IMG/VR virus record: IMGVR_UViG_3300021432_000008
Span: 12,941 to 76,940 of that record
Length of the DNA: 64,000 nucleotides
From: a virus
Strand: one strand, 5' to 3'
Part shown: one piece after another, positions 1 to 8,077 of the stretch
How positions within the stretch are numbered: position 1 is the stretch's first letter
How the letters are laid out: each line of letters starts with the position of its first letter
Notes under the pieces: generated by a model
The model's input: only the letters and a program-made list of their open reading frames with translations
Told to the model about the DNA's origin: nothing
Database searches by the model: none
Translations under genes and position numbers: made by a program

Positions 1-34
1 CGTGTTGTGAGGACAAGTTCGATAGCTACGTCTG

Positions 35-432
35 CCAGCAACTATCTCAAGGTTCCCTGAATCGTTGCCGGATGAGCGACTGATAGCCCCCTGGTCTTCT
101 TCGACGACCCGCAACGCTCTCAGGGTTCCCTCGATCGTTGCCGGGCCTATTCCGGAGATCCCAAGATGACCCGCAACTTTCTCAGGGCTCCCTTGATCGT
201 TGCTGGCCGCCGGCGATCGTCTCGAAGGTGTGCCGAATGCTGTACCCGCAACTTTCTCAGGGCTCCCTTGATCGTTGCTGGACGATCCTTTTACCACCTG
301 GAGATTATCGACCATGCAAGTCCCGCAACTTTCTCAGGGCTCCCTTGATCGTTGCTGGTTGTCTGGAACCCAGAACACCGCTGCCTGCATTGCCGCCCGC
401 AACTTTCTCAGGGCTCCCTTGATCGTTGCTGG
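35..432 (-). CRISPR. CRISPR array, 6 repeats of 37 bp and 5 spacers; may continue left of the window
   Basis: The + strand repeat CCCGCAACTTTCTCAGGGCTCCCTTGATCGTTGCTGG is identical at 170-206, 245-281, 322-358 and 396-432, and degenerate at 108-144 and 35-71. Unique spacers are 36, 25, 38, 40 and 37 nt. Degeneracy at the left end implies minus-strand transcription with the leader on the right. Confidence 0.97.
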
Positions 433-649
433 AGTCGCGGCCATAAAGGCATTGTTCCAGCCCATTTAAGCGACGTTTCGCGAGAGGCGCCCATCGGCAA
501 GCGATTGTGGCCTTGGTCGCGCTCAGCTTGGCGGTAGCTGGATGTTGGCAGCATTGGAGTTACGTCTCCGCGAGCGGTTCGCCGCAACCTATTTGGAACA
601 AACGGTGTCCATCAAGTGGGTTACGGCAAGATCCGCTCTGTCCATCGAT
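433..649 (-). promoter_or_regulatory. CRISPR leader / candidate structured ncRNA (tracr- or scout-like)
   Basis: Non-coding 217 bp between the conserved end of the array and the upstream ORF. Contains a long hairpin closed by GCCGTAACC (627-619) and GGTTGCGGC (589-581). Confidence 0.55.
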
Positions 650-1009
650 TCAAGCGCCACGCCGCTCGCGGAGTCGCTCTAGTTCAGCTGTCAGTTCCGC
701 CTCGCGCTGGCGGAGAGCGTCGTCGCTGCTCTCGCCGTCGTCGGCGATATTACATACCTCCTTCTGGGCGCCAACGCGCTGGCCGATCTCAATGGAACGC
801 AAGCCCGTGTTCACGCCGCGCAGCGACGTGTTCAGCTCTTTGCTCCCGTGGGCGCCGTGGAGCGCATCGAGCGAATGTCCGATAGCGAAGTTGGTAATGT
901 CCTGCACCGTGCGGATACCGCCGGATGCGACTTCGAGCGCCTTGCTCTTGCGCGGCCCGCCAGCAGTCGCCGGGTCGCCTTGACGTGTAATCGTGCCAGT
1001 CTCAGCCAT
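650..1009 (-). CDS. 119-aa hypothetical protein in the Cas12f-like operon, C-terminal coiled coil
   Basis: ATG at 1009 with an AAAGGGG RBS, 13 nt downstream of the effector stop. Sequence MAETGT...LRQREAELTAELERLRERRGA. Confidence 0.75.
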   Translation of the reverse strand: MAETGTITRQGDPATAGGPRKSKALEVASGGIRTVQDITNFAIGHSLDALHGAHGSKELNTSLRGVNTGLRSIEIGQRVGAQKEVCNIADDGESSDDALRQREAELTAELERLRERRGA

Positions 1010-1022
1010 TCGTCGTCCCCTT

Positions 1023-2177
1023 TCATGCAGCAGTCTCCTCTTCTCCGTCCGAAGCGCACCGGCAAACGATGCCGGTCGCCTTGAGCTTGTCCTTGAGTAG
1101 AGCCTTGAGCTTGAACCACGGGAACCGCTCAATGTGACCTTGTTCGAGGTCGCTGTACAGTACCGTGCCGACGCGGTTGCGTTGGGCAAAGCCAACAAGG
1201 TGCGCCGCTGTCTCGTGGAGCCACGAGGCCATGCGGTTGTGATGCTTTCGGCAGCAGCGGCCCCGCGAGCGGTTAATGGCGCCCAGCGCATCAGGATTGA
1301 GACGCCGCTCTGCCTTGCTGTCCTGCGCCAACCGGTCGAGTCTATCCTCATGGGCGGCAAGCCAGGCGAACGCTCGCTTCATGTGGTCGTTGTTGAGAAC
1401 CCATGCCTGCCGCCCATCCAACTCCGCTACCCAGAAGGCATTCGGGTCGGTGATCAGAGTTAATACGCGATCGCCCAACTTCTCACGGCAGGGCAACTCT
1501 GCCACCATCTTGACCAGCACGCGGGAATCCTCGCGAGCTTCCAGCCGCGGTCGGTGGCAACTCGGGGAGCAATGCTGCTCGCGAATAACCAGCTGGAACA
1601 TGGGCAGACTACCGTTGACCACCTGCCGGAATAGCCCCATCTGCCGGCCGAACTCGGCACCGCCACGAAGCTGGATGCCGACTCCGCCGTCTGGAAAGGA
1701 AAACTCCTGCGATGGCAAAACGACTTCGATACACGGTCTTCCATTGCGGTCCAGTCGTGCCTGTCGCCAAGCCTGCGCGTGGATTGGCCACGGGTAGGGA
1801 TAGCGGTAGGTACATGGCGCCTGCTTGCGATGCCAGATGACGTTCAGCCGTTCAGAAATGTACTTGCGCTCCACGTCGCGACAGATGGTGGAGGCACTTC
1901 TGCAAGCCCCCGTCCACCAGTTGCCCGGTTGCGTGAAGCCGAACGTCTCACTTGCGAGCCCGTACAATCCCTTGAGCCGCTTGCCGTTGATCTTCGGCAT
2001 CTTCGCTAGCTTGACCATGCCGGGCAGCCGAACCACGTCGTTGCGAAGGAGTTGCTGGACGCACCAGTTCGCAAGCATGGTCGCCTGCTTCCAGCACTCC
2101 CTGATCGTCTCCCACGCCTCGCGGGGTTCGACCACATTGACGGGCAACTCAAACGCTCTGACTACCGTGTCGCTCAT
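1023..2177 (-). CDS. Nuclease-dead Cas12f/TnpB-family RNA-guided DNA-binding protein, 384 aa
   Basis: ATG at 2177 with a GAGGAAGG RBS. Collinear with Cas12f1: TYRYPYP vs SYKRDIP; RuvC-I position VLTLITDP instead of MGIDLG; bridge helix NRMASWLHETAAHLVGFA; RuvC-II VGTVLYSDL instead of GTIQMEDL; FPWFKLKALLKDKLKATGI vs WTYYDLQQKIIYKAEEAGI. It stops before the zinc finger and RuvC-III, and is adjacent to the array. Confidence 0.85.
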   Translation of the reverse strand: MSDTVVRAFELPVNVVEPREAWETIRECWKQATMLANWCVQQLLRNDVVRLPGMVKLAKMPKINGKRLKGLYGLASETFGFTQPGNWWTGACRSASTICRDVERKYISERLNVIWHRKQAPCTYRYPYPWPIHAQAWRQARLDRNGRPCIEVVLPSQEFSFPDGGVGIQLRGGAEFGRQMGLFRQVVNGSLPMFQLVIREQHCSPSCHRPRLEAREDSRVLVKMVAELPCREKLGDRVLTLITDPNAFWVAELDGRQAWVLNNDHMKRAFAWLAAHEDRLDRLAQDSKAERRLNPDALGAINRSRGRCCRKHHNRMASWLHETAAHLVGFAQRNRVGTVLYSDLEQGHIERFPWFKLKALLKDKLKATGIVCRCASDGEEETAA

Positions 2178-2211
2178 CGCTTTTACCTTCCTCTCGCAGC
2201 GACCAGTCAAA

Positions 2212-2239
2212 ATCGTACACCCGGTTTTCGGCGTGTCAA
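2212..2239 (-). promoter_or_regulatory. sigma70-type promoter of the cas12f-like operon
   Basis: TTGACA (2239-2234), 16-nt spacer, TACGAT (2217-2212), about 35 nt upstream of the ATG at 2177. Confidence 0.6.
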
Positions 2240-2280
2240 TACCCTCCCAGCGGTGTCCGAATTGGCACGGGCATAGCCGC

Positions 2281-2323
2281 GCACGCTGGCGCACGGTTAC
2301 GCACGCTGGCGCACGGTTACGCA
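2281..2323. repeat. 20-bp tandem repeat, candidate operator
   Basis: GCACGCTGGCGCACGGTTAC occurs twice. The core CGCACGCTGGCGCAC recurs at 3308-3322. Confidence 0.8.
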
Positions 2324-2346
2324 GGGAGAAAAAAAGTGCGGGCCGG

Positions 2347-2625
2347 CTACTTTTTCTTTTCCGTCGCCTCTTCCTTCGTCCGCTCGATGCCTCGGAACAT
2401 GCTGTAGCGGACCAGATCAAGCCAGTGCCAAACGTGTGCGTCTCCCATGAAGGAGTGCGGCAGAAGGTCGGGATAGCGCTCCCGCTCCGCCCGGAACTCG
2501 CTGTCGGTGAGCCCGAGCCACTTCGCTGCTTCCTTCTTGTCTGACCAAATCTGGTCGGGAGCATCGATGTACCTCAGCACACGTCCGACCTCCTTCGCCG
2601 GAGTCGCGGGAGCGAGCCGACTCAT
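2347..2625 (-). CDS. small HTH (AlpA/Xis/Cro-like) DNA-binding protein
   Basis: HTH-like SDKKEAAKWLGLTDSEFR; divergent from the RHH gene. Confidence 0.6.
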   Translation of the reverse strand: MSRLAPATPAKEVGRVLRYIDAPDQIWSDKKEAAKWLGLTDSEFRAERERYPDLLPHSFMGDAHVWHWLDLVRYSMFRGIERTKEEATEKKK

Positions 2626-2756
2626 GGGCTTGCTACACCGAACATCGTAACGACGGTTAATGCTACAGTCAACACGGAAATTTCATTTTATGTAACGATG
2701 GACGCGGTATAATGATATAGCGTCGGCTACCGTTACATTAGCCTTGCGAGCGTACC
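2626..2756. promoter_or_regulatory. divergent promoter/operator region (genetic switch)
   Basis: AT-rich; TATAAT at 2708-2713; repeated GTAACG/CGTTAC half-sites near 2646, 2692 and 2732. Confidence 0.55.
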
Positions 2757-3008
2757 ATGAGCATTGCTACACTGGTCAATATGGCCAAGAAGCAGAAGAC
2801 TGATCCGCCCGAAAAGAAGCCTAGCGCTGTCATCCGTGTAGAGGGAGACATCGCGCACATGCTAAACACTATCGCATCGTGGCGGAAAAAGGACGTCCCC
2901 GACATCGCGTCCCCAATTCTCCGCGCGAAGGTTGAGCAGCTATTTGCGGAAGTGCATCGCGAAATGGGCAAGACGATCGGCACTCTTCACGACGACGAGA
3001 ACACCTAA
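2757..3008 (+). CDS. ribbon-helix-helix repressor-like protein
   Basis: SAVIRVEGDIAHMLNTIASWRKKDVPDIASPILR fits a strand-helix-helix pattern. Confidence 0.6.
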   Translation: MSIATLVNMAKKQKTDPPEKKPSAVIRVEGDIAHMLNTIASWRKKDVPDIASPILRAKVEQLFAEVHREMGKTIGTLHDDENT

Positions 3009-3268
3009 AACCTCAGCCCCGCCGCCCTCAGCGCCTCTTCCGCCTCGATCTGCTCCCGCCGCAGCGCGTGCGCCGACGGCACGGGCACGGCAGGCACGAC
3101 CGGCGTCAGCAGTGCCTCCACGTCAACGCGGCGCACGAGCAGACGAGTCCCGGCACGGCGAAGCGCGGGCAACTTGCCCTCGGAGACGAGTCGATAGATT
3201 GTGGCGACGTGGACGGACAGCAGGCGCGCCGCCGTCTTCGGGCTGATCAAATCGTTCGGGAGAGACAT
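3005..3268 (-). CDS. excisionase-family HTH_17 protein
   Basis: LISPKTAARLLSVHVATIYRLVSEGKLPALR; GGAGG RBS before the ATG at 3268. Confidence 0.85.
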   Translation of the reverse strand: MSLPNDLISPKTAARLLSVHVATIYRLVSEGKLPALRRAGTRLLVRRVDVEALLTPVVPAVPVPSAHALRREQIEAEEALRAAGLRF

Positions 3269-3517
3269 GACATGGGACCTCCATGTGGACCGCGAGCGCA
3301 TCCCTCCCGCACGCTGGCGCACACGAGCCGGCCGGGAGAGACGAGAGTATCCTGAAAGATGGGCACATGCAGATGGGCATGCAGAGAGTGAAACGCAGCA
3401 ACCCTACGTCGCCTTCTGGGCTTGGTCAAGGACATACGGGTGTCGCTCTTTCGCTTTCGGCAACCTGCTCCGCATTCGCTCGCGGAGCGTAAAATTGTGT
3501 TCGTGGAGGAATGAAGC

Positions 3518-3814
3518 ATGACGACCTTCAAGATCGGGCAGTCCGTTGACTTCATCCGCGAAGTGTGGGAAGAGGAATGGGTCTATGGTCGTAAGGAGTC
3601 TTGCCACGTCGGCTACGACCTGGCCGATGGTCGTGTGGTGAATGCCGACGATGAGACGGTCGTGATCGCGCCTGACGATCGCAAGCGACTGGTCTTTGTT
3701 TCGCCATCGCTCGTCTTCGCCAAGGACGCCGATGGGCGCATGGCAGACGAGGCAAGGACGAAACTCAAGGCGATTGAGCTAGAGAATTTCCCCGACCACA
3801 CCTGGAAGTTCTGA
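3518..3814 (+). CDS. hypothetical phage protein
   Basis: GGAGG RBS; first gene of a co-oriented + strand cluster. Confidence 0.7.
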   Translation: MTTFKIGQSVDFIREVWEEEWVYGRKESCHVGYDLADGRVVNADDETVVIAPDDRKRLVFVSPSLVFAKDADGRMADEARTKLKAIELENFPDHTWKF

Positions 3815-3856
3815 GCGGTGGCGAGCGACAAATTCCGCAAGCGTGGAGGATGACGA

Positions 3857-4369
3857 ATGAACCGCACCGACTGGAACCCACACGACCGACACACCTGCGG
3901 CGATTGCCGGGTGCTGGAAGGTCAGCTTCACAAACGAGGGTGCGATTGCGAGCGCTGCCCGATATGCCTTGGGCAGTTGATCTCCTGCGGCTGCTGTTAC
4001 CGGCATTTCTACCCCGAGTACGATGACAGGCTGGTGCATGATCTGCGGACGCAGTACGCGGAAGCCTGCCGTGCCGGTTTCCCCCATGTCCATCCCACGA
4101 ACGGCTTGCCCAGAGCCGTGTACGAGAATGGCTTGCCTGACGAGCAGTCCGAGGAATGGGACCGCATCCTCGAAGCAAAGGGACGCATTCCCTACGTGGT
4201 TGCACCCAACCTCTGCGCCCGCTGCGGCGAGCTGTGGCCGGAGATGTTCCACGTTGAGGACTGGAGCGACGTGATTCCGAAGGACCTTCAGGGCGCGATG
4301 CTTTGCCGGGGCTGCTACGAGGCAATCAAGGGGTTCGTGCTCAAGGGCAGAACGGAGGAACGCAGATGA
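3857..4369 (+). CDS. Cys-rich zinc-binding phage protein
   Basis: CGDC...[30 protein letters not shown]; GGAGG RBS. Confidence 0.75.
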   Translation: MNRTDWNPHDRHTCGDCRVLEGQLHKRGCDCERCPICLGQLISCGCCYRHFYPEYDDRLVHDLRTQYAEACRAGFPHVHPTNGLPRAVYENGLPDEQSEEWDRILEAKGRIPYVVAPNLCARCGELWPEMFHVEDWSDVIPKDLQGAMLCRGCYEAIKGFVLKGRTEERR

Positions 4370-4752
4370 CCCGCGCCGACCGCCTCGCCTGGGCCAAGAC
4401 CGCCACCGTCTGGCAATGGACCGTGGCATGCGCTACCCTGGTGATGGGGTGGAATGAACACCGCGGCGCGTGGATAGACGAGCACGGCAATGCCACAGGG
4501 TTGACCGATGATGGCTACGGCGGGGGAGGAGAGCCGATCCGCGCCTGGAACCCCATCGAACGCATCGAGGACTCCTGGCTTGTCCACCAGCGTATCGGGC
4601 AGGGTGAGTTGAGAGAACGGTACAGCCGGGAACTGGCCAGCGTAATCCTTGGACGCATGGGAGCCAGGGCGACGGACTACAGATACTTCGCCCTGGACAT
4701 GACGCCGCGCGATGTGTGTTTGGCGGCGCTGCTGACCGTGGAGGAAGCATGA
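4366..4752 (+). CDS. phage ABA-sandwich-like protein
   Basis: VMGW...[13 protein letters not shown]...[10 protein letters not shown]; ATGA coupling to the upstream gene. Confidence 0.6.
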   Translation: MTRADRLAWAKTATVWQWTVACATLVMGWNEHRGAWIDEHGNATGLTDDGYGGGGEPIRAWNPIERIEDSWLVHQRIGQGELRERYSRELASVILGRMGARATDYRYFALDMTPRDVCLAALLTVEEA

Positions 4753-5441
4753 CCGAGACGGAATGGAACGCGAGCGCGGACCCGGTCGCTATGCTCGATT
4801 GGCGGATGGGTCGCGATCAGGAGGGGCACGCCGGACAGTCTCCAGCAAGCCCCATCAGCGACCGGCAACTCCGCCTTTTTGCGGTTGCGTGTTGCAGGTC
4901 TGTCTTTAGCCTCCTCACGGACAAGCGATCCCGCAAGGCTGTGGAGGTAGCGGAGAGGTTCGCGGATGGGGAGGCGACGAAGGAGGAGACGTTCAAACTC
5001 GCATCGTCCTGCATGACGCTTGCACGTTGCTTGATGCCATCATGGGAAGGGGATGCGGAAGCCAGGGCGATAATCGAAACTGCCGAAATGCACAATCAGG
5101 ACGCCTTGCCTGGATACGCCAATCTCCTTCGGGAGATCATCGGTGACCCCTTCCGGCAAGTGGCCCTCTACGTATCCGGCAACGGCTCGGGTGAAGTATC
5201 AACCAACAGCAGCGGCGACGGTCCCTGGTGGCCACTCACCCCGCAGGCCCTCGCGCTTTGCGAAGTGGCGTACCGCGAGCGTGGAAGCGACGGCTCCCTG
5301 GACCCGCTGACGCTGAAATTGGTGGCGGATGCGCTGGAAGAGGCCGGTGCCGACGACTCGGTAATTCTCGGCCACCTAAGAAATGCAGGCCCGCATGTCA
5401 GAGGCTGCTGGGCAGTCGATTTGCTACTTGGAAAGGAGTAA
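4749..5441 (+). CDS. Gemmataceae-expanded family protein (often labelled SMI1/KNR4-like)
   Basis: MTETEW...RQLRLFAVACCR...VADALEEAG...HVRGCWAVDLLLGKE. Confidence 0.8.
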   Translation: MTETEWNASADPVAMLDWRMGRDQEGHAGQSPASPISDRQLRLFAVACCRSVFSLLTDKRSRKAVEVAERFADGEATKEETFKLASSCMTLARCLMPSWEGDAEARAIIETAEMHNQDALPGYANLLREIIGDPFRQVALYVSGNGSGEVSTNSSGDGPWWPLTPQALALCEVAYRERGSDGSLDPLTLKLVADALEEAGADDSVILGHLRNAGPHVRGCWAVDLLLGKE

Positions 5442-5445
5442 CAAC

Positions 5446-5721
5446 ATGGCACGCGGCGAAGCGTTTTTCAAGCTGCCTGACGAAGAAGTGGTCAATCTCT
5501 GGCGCATTGACCCGCCTGGGCGACGTGCCATCAGCGAAGGCGACGAGGTTACCATTCGGGAACTGCGGCAATACGGACGCAATCATCTGGTGAAAGGTGG
5601 CCGTCGGCTGCGCGTGCGTGTCGTGTCTATAGACAGGGCGGACGCCCTACACGCATGCCATGTGGAGATTCTGGCAGACCTATCGCCGCCACCGGCTCGG
5701 CAAGGAGAGTTGTTTGATTGA
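5446..5721 (+). CDS. hypothetical protein
   Basis: AGGAG RBS; directly follows the previous stop. Confidence 0.6.
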   Translation: MARGEAFFKLPDEEVVNLWRIDPPGRRAISEGDEVTIRELRQYGRNHLVKGGRRLRVRVVSIDRADALHACHVEILADLSPPPARQGELFD

Positions 5722-5786
5722 CCTCACCCCAACCTCCGCGCCGCCTCCCGTGCCCGCTCCACGTCCTCCCCTCAAGGAGTCTGTAA

Positions 5787-6002
5787 ATGAGCCAGCCTAA
5801 ACTGAGCATGACCGGCAAGGGTTCGCGCGGCGACTATCAGGTGTACGAGATAACAATGGAGATGACGCAGTTGACCGACACGATTGCTTTCGTGACCATC
5901 TGGGCAGGCGGGCGGCGAACCTACGAATTCGACAGCGATATGACCTACACGGAGGAGCTGCTCACTGAGATCATCAGCCTGGCGAAGACAGCCTCTCCGT
6001 GA
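5787..6002 (+). CDS. hypothetical protein
   Basis: AAGGAG RBS; 71 aa. Confidence 0.6.
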   Translation: MSQPKLSMTGKGSRGDYQVYEITMEMTQLTDTIAFVTIWAGGRRTYEFDSDMTYTEELLTEIISLAKTASP

Positions 6003-6025
6003 CAGCCTACCCCGTTATTCTACGC

Positions 6026-7105
6026 TCATCCCAACCTACGGGCCACTTGCTTCGCCATCTCCAAGTCGGTTTGCTGGCCGTAGCCGTCCGTGACCTGAAT
6101 GCTCTTCTGGCCGAGATAGCTTCGAGCAAAATCCAGTCCCAGCGCCCGCGTCACCCTCTGTTTCGCCGCATGCCGGCACTGGTACGGATGCAGCTGCACG
6201 CCGGCCTCCTCCGCGGCCGCGCGCACGGCCTTCGTCAGCCCCCAGCGCGAGTACGGGCCCCGCTGGCCGACGAACACGAAGTCGTCGCCGTTCTTGCCCT
6301 CCAGCCACGGCGCCAGAACCTTCTGCGCGCTCGTGCCCATGACGATCTCGCGGACGTGCCCAAGATGCGCGGTCTTGTGCTTAGCGGGCCGAAATACCCA
6401 CTCCTCGCCAGCACGATCAACCTCGCACGCGCGCATCACGCGAACCTCGCCCGTGCGGCACCCGGTAAACCACATGAAGAGCAACATCGCCCGCGGCATC
6501 GGCTTGAGCCGCCGGCACACGGCGATGATTGCCGGCCACTCTGCGGGCCGCACGGGCTCCGTGCTGCGGTGCTGGCGGTCCTGCTTGCCGATGGGTCGCA
6601 ACGAGTGCAGGTGAGCCCATGAGCCTCTGGGAGCCAGCTTCAGACGCTCCAGCCGCCGCCAGATCGTCTTGATGCGGATGGTCTGCCGGTTGATGTGGTT
6701 GCGGCACCATCCCTTCTCGCCCATCGCCTTGCGGACGTCGTCCAGATCATCGATACCGAAGCCGTCCGTCGTCAGGTCGCGGTGGAGCGACAGCAGCACC
6801 TCGATCACGCGCTTGTAATGGCGGAACTCGTCGCGCTCGCCGTAGTGTCCCGTGGCCCACTCAAGCCACTTGGCGATGGCCCCGGAGATGGTCGGCCACG
6901 CTCCGGCGAGGATGCGAGGCGGCTCGCCCGGTTGCGGTTTGTCGCTCTCAGCCGCAGCGAGCCGGACCAGCAGAGCGGCGTATTCCTGCGCGTTGTCACC
7001 ACCGATGGGCCCGATGTAATAATCGTGCCCCCGCCAGCGGACCCGTTCTCGACCGCTGATATGGTGCGCCCGAGGTTGCGGCGGCCACTTCACCTTGCGT
7101 CCCAT
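6026..7105 (-). CDS. int: tyrosine recombinase / phage integrase
   Basis: TGCRTGE (Arg), KHKT (Lys), HPYQCRH, LGQ and TDGY (Tyr); N-terminal arm-binding region. Confidence 0.92.
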   Translation of the reverse strand: MGRKVKWPPQPRAHHISGRERVRWRGHDYYIGPIGGDNAQEYAALLVRLAAAESDKPQPGEPPRILAGAWPTISGAIAKWLEWATGHYGERDEFRHYKRVIEVLLSLHRDLTTDGFGIDDLDDVRKAMGEKGWCRNHINRQTIRIKTIWRRLERLKLAPRGSWAHLHSLRPIGKQDRQHRSTEPVRPAEWPAIIAVCRRLKPMPRAMLLFMWFTGCRTGEVRVMRACEVDRAGEEWVFRPAKHKTAHLGHVREIVMGTSAQKVLAPWLEGKNGDDFVFVGQRGPYSRWGLTKAVRAAAEEAGVQLHPYQCRHAAKQRVTRALGLDFARSYLGQKSIQVTDGYGQQTDLEMAKQVARRLG

Positions 7106-7404
7106 CGGCTCCTCCCTCTTGCGCCCGGAATGTGGGTATTCCGGGGTAATGATTCAAGGGTAGGGGCAGGACGGCTATAAAAAAGCTCCTCTTTCGCAGG
7201 CTGCGCAATTGAGTTTCGCAATTCTCTCACCGGGCGATAGGTTCGCCCGGGGCGTGTCGTTTGCCGTCCTGGCCCGACGCTTGACAGAAACCTTGATGGG
7301 GTGCGAGGATAACGAGAGGGGCGGAACAGGTCAATACGTCTCAGTGGCGTTCGCAGCTACCTACGATACCCTACAAACAAATCGGGTAGGGAGTGCCCGT
7401 CGCC

Positions 7405-7752
7405 TCACCCCACTTCCGACCGCGGTGCCCATGCCTCCTCGCACGCCAGGCCCAGCAGCAGCTTGCCCGCCTTGCGGACGCCATGCTTGCCGGCGATCTT
7501 CTCGCGCACGCGCCGGAAGAAGCCCTCGCGCGCGGGGTACTCGACAGCACGCGAGGAAGTGACCAGCAGCAAGTCAATGAGGAAGTCGTCGGGGAACTCG
7601 CGCACGTCGATCTCATCAAGGATCGCGTTGATGACCTCGAAGCGCCGGCGCTCACGCAGAGAATGGACGGTCCTGAGCATCTCCCGGCAGGCGCGTGGCA
7701 AGTCGAAGAGGACCTGTCGGCGCCAGTCGGAGATGAGGTCGGAGGAGAGCAT
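7405..7752 (-). CDS. hypothetical protein
   Basis: 115-aa ORF following the upstream gene. Confidence 0.55.
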   Translation of the reverse strand: MLSSDLISDWRRQVLFDLPRACREMLRTVHSLRERRRFEVINAILDEIDVREFPDDFLIDLLLVTSSRAVEYPAREGFFRRVREKIAGKHGVRKAGKLLLGLACEEAWAPRSEVG

Positions 7753-7758
7753 CGGAGG

Positions 7759-7944
7759 CTAATCCTTGTTCCATTGGCGAACGTGGTACTTGACCGATTC
7801 GACCAGATGACTCAGGTCCTCCAAGTGAACTTCGTCGATGTTCTTGTGGTCTTGGACACGTTCGTTGATCTGACCAAGGAGAGCCTGAACTTTGCTGATC
7901 TGAGAATCGATCTCCTTCTTCCTCGACAACTGGTCCTCTGTCAT
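7759..7944 (-). CDS. small coiled-coil hypothetical protein
   Basis: GAGGAGG RBS; MTEDQLSRKKE... Confidence 0.6.
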   Translation of the reverse strand: MTEDQLSRKKEIDSQISKVQALLGQINERVQDHKNIDEVHLEDLSHLVESVKYHVRQWNKD

Positions 7945-8077
7945 TGTGCCCCTCCTCAATCCCAACGGTCGAGCCGAACCTGTTGCCAGTCCGATGCCGA
8001 AGAAGCGGACAAGGTTCGCGCGAATTACCCGCACGCTGCTGCGATGCGCCCCGCCAGCGCCGTCGTGGAGAGGCGCG

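Noticed and set aside
72-395. Self-targeting spacers
   Set aside because: No match to this window was found by eye, including its own integrase; a computational search is still needed.
138-537. Short + strand ORFs with repeated peptides
   Set aside because: They are translations of the CRISPR repeats.
1023-2177. IS200/IS605 or IS607 transposon with active TnpB
   Set aside because: No TnpA, catalytic residues are missing, and a true repeat-spacer array lies downstream.
2178-2564. N-terminal extension giving a 513-aa effector
   Set aside because: It overlaps the HTH gene, promoter and tandem repeat; the RBS and Cas12f similarity begin at the ATG at 2177.
650-3008. dCas12f-sigmaE activation system or Cas12k-type CAST
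   Set aside because: No sigma factor and no tnsB, tnsC or tniQ is recognisable in the window; genes outside the window cannot be excluded.
7200-7300. tRNA gene near the integrase
   Set aside because: A hairpin contains GGTTCG but there is no cloverleaf or complete T-arm.
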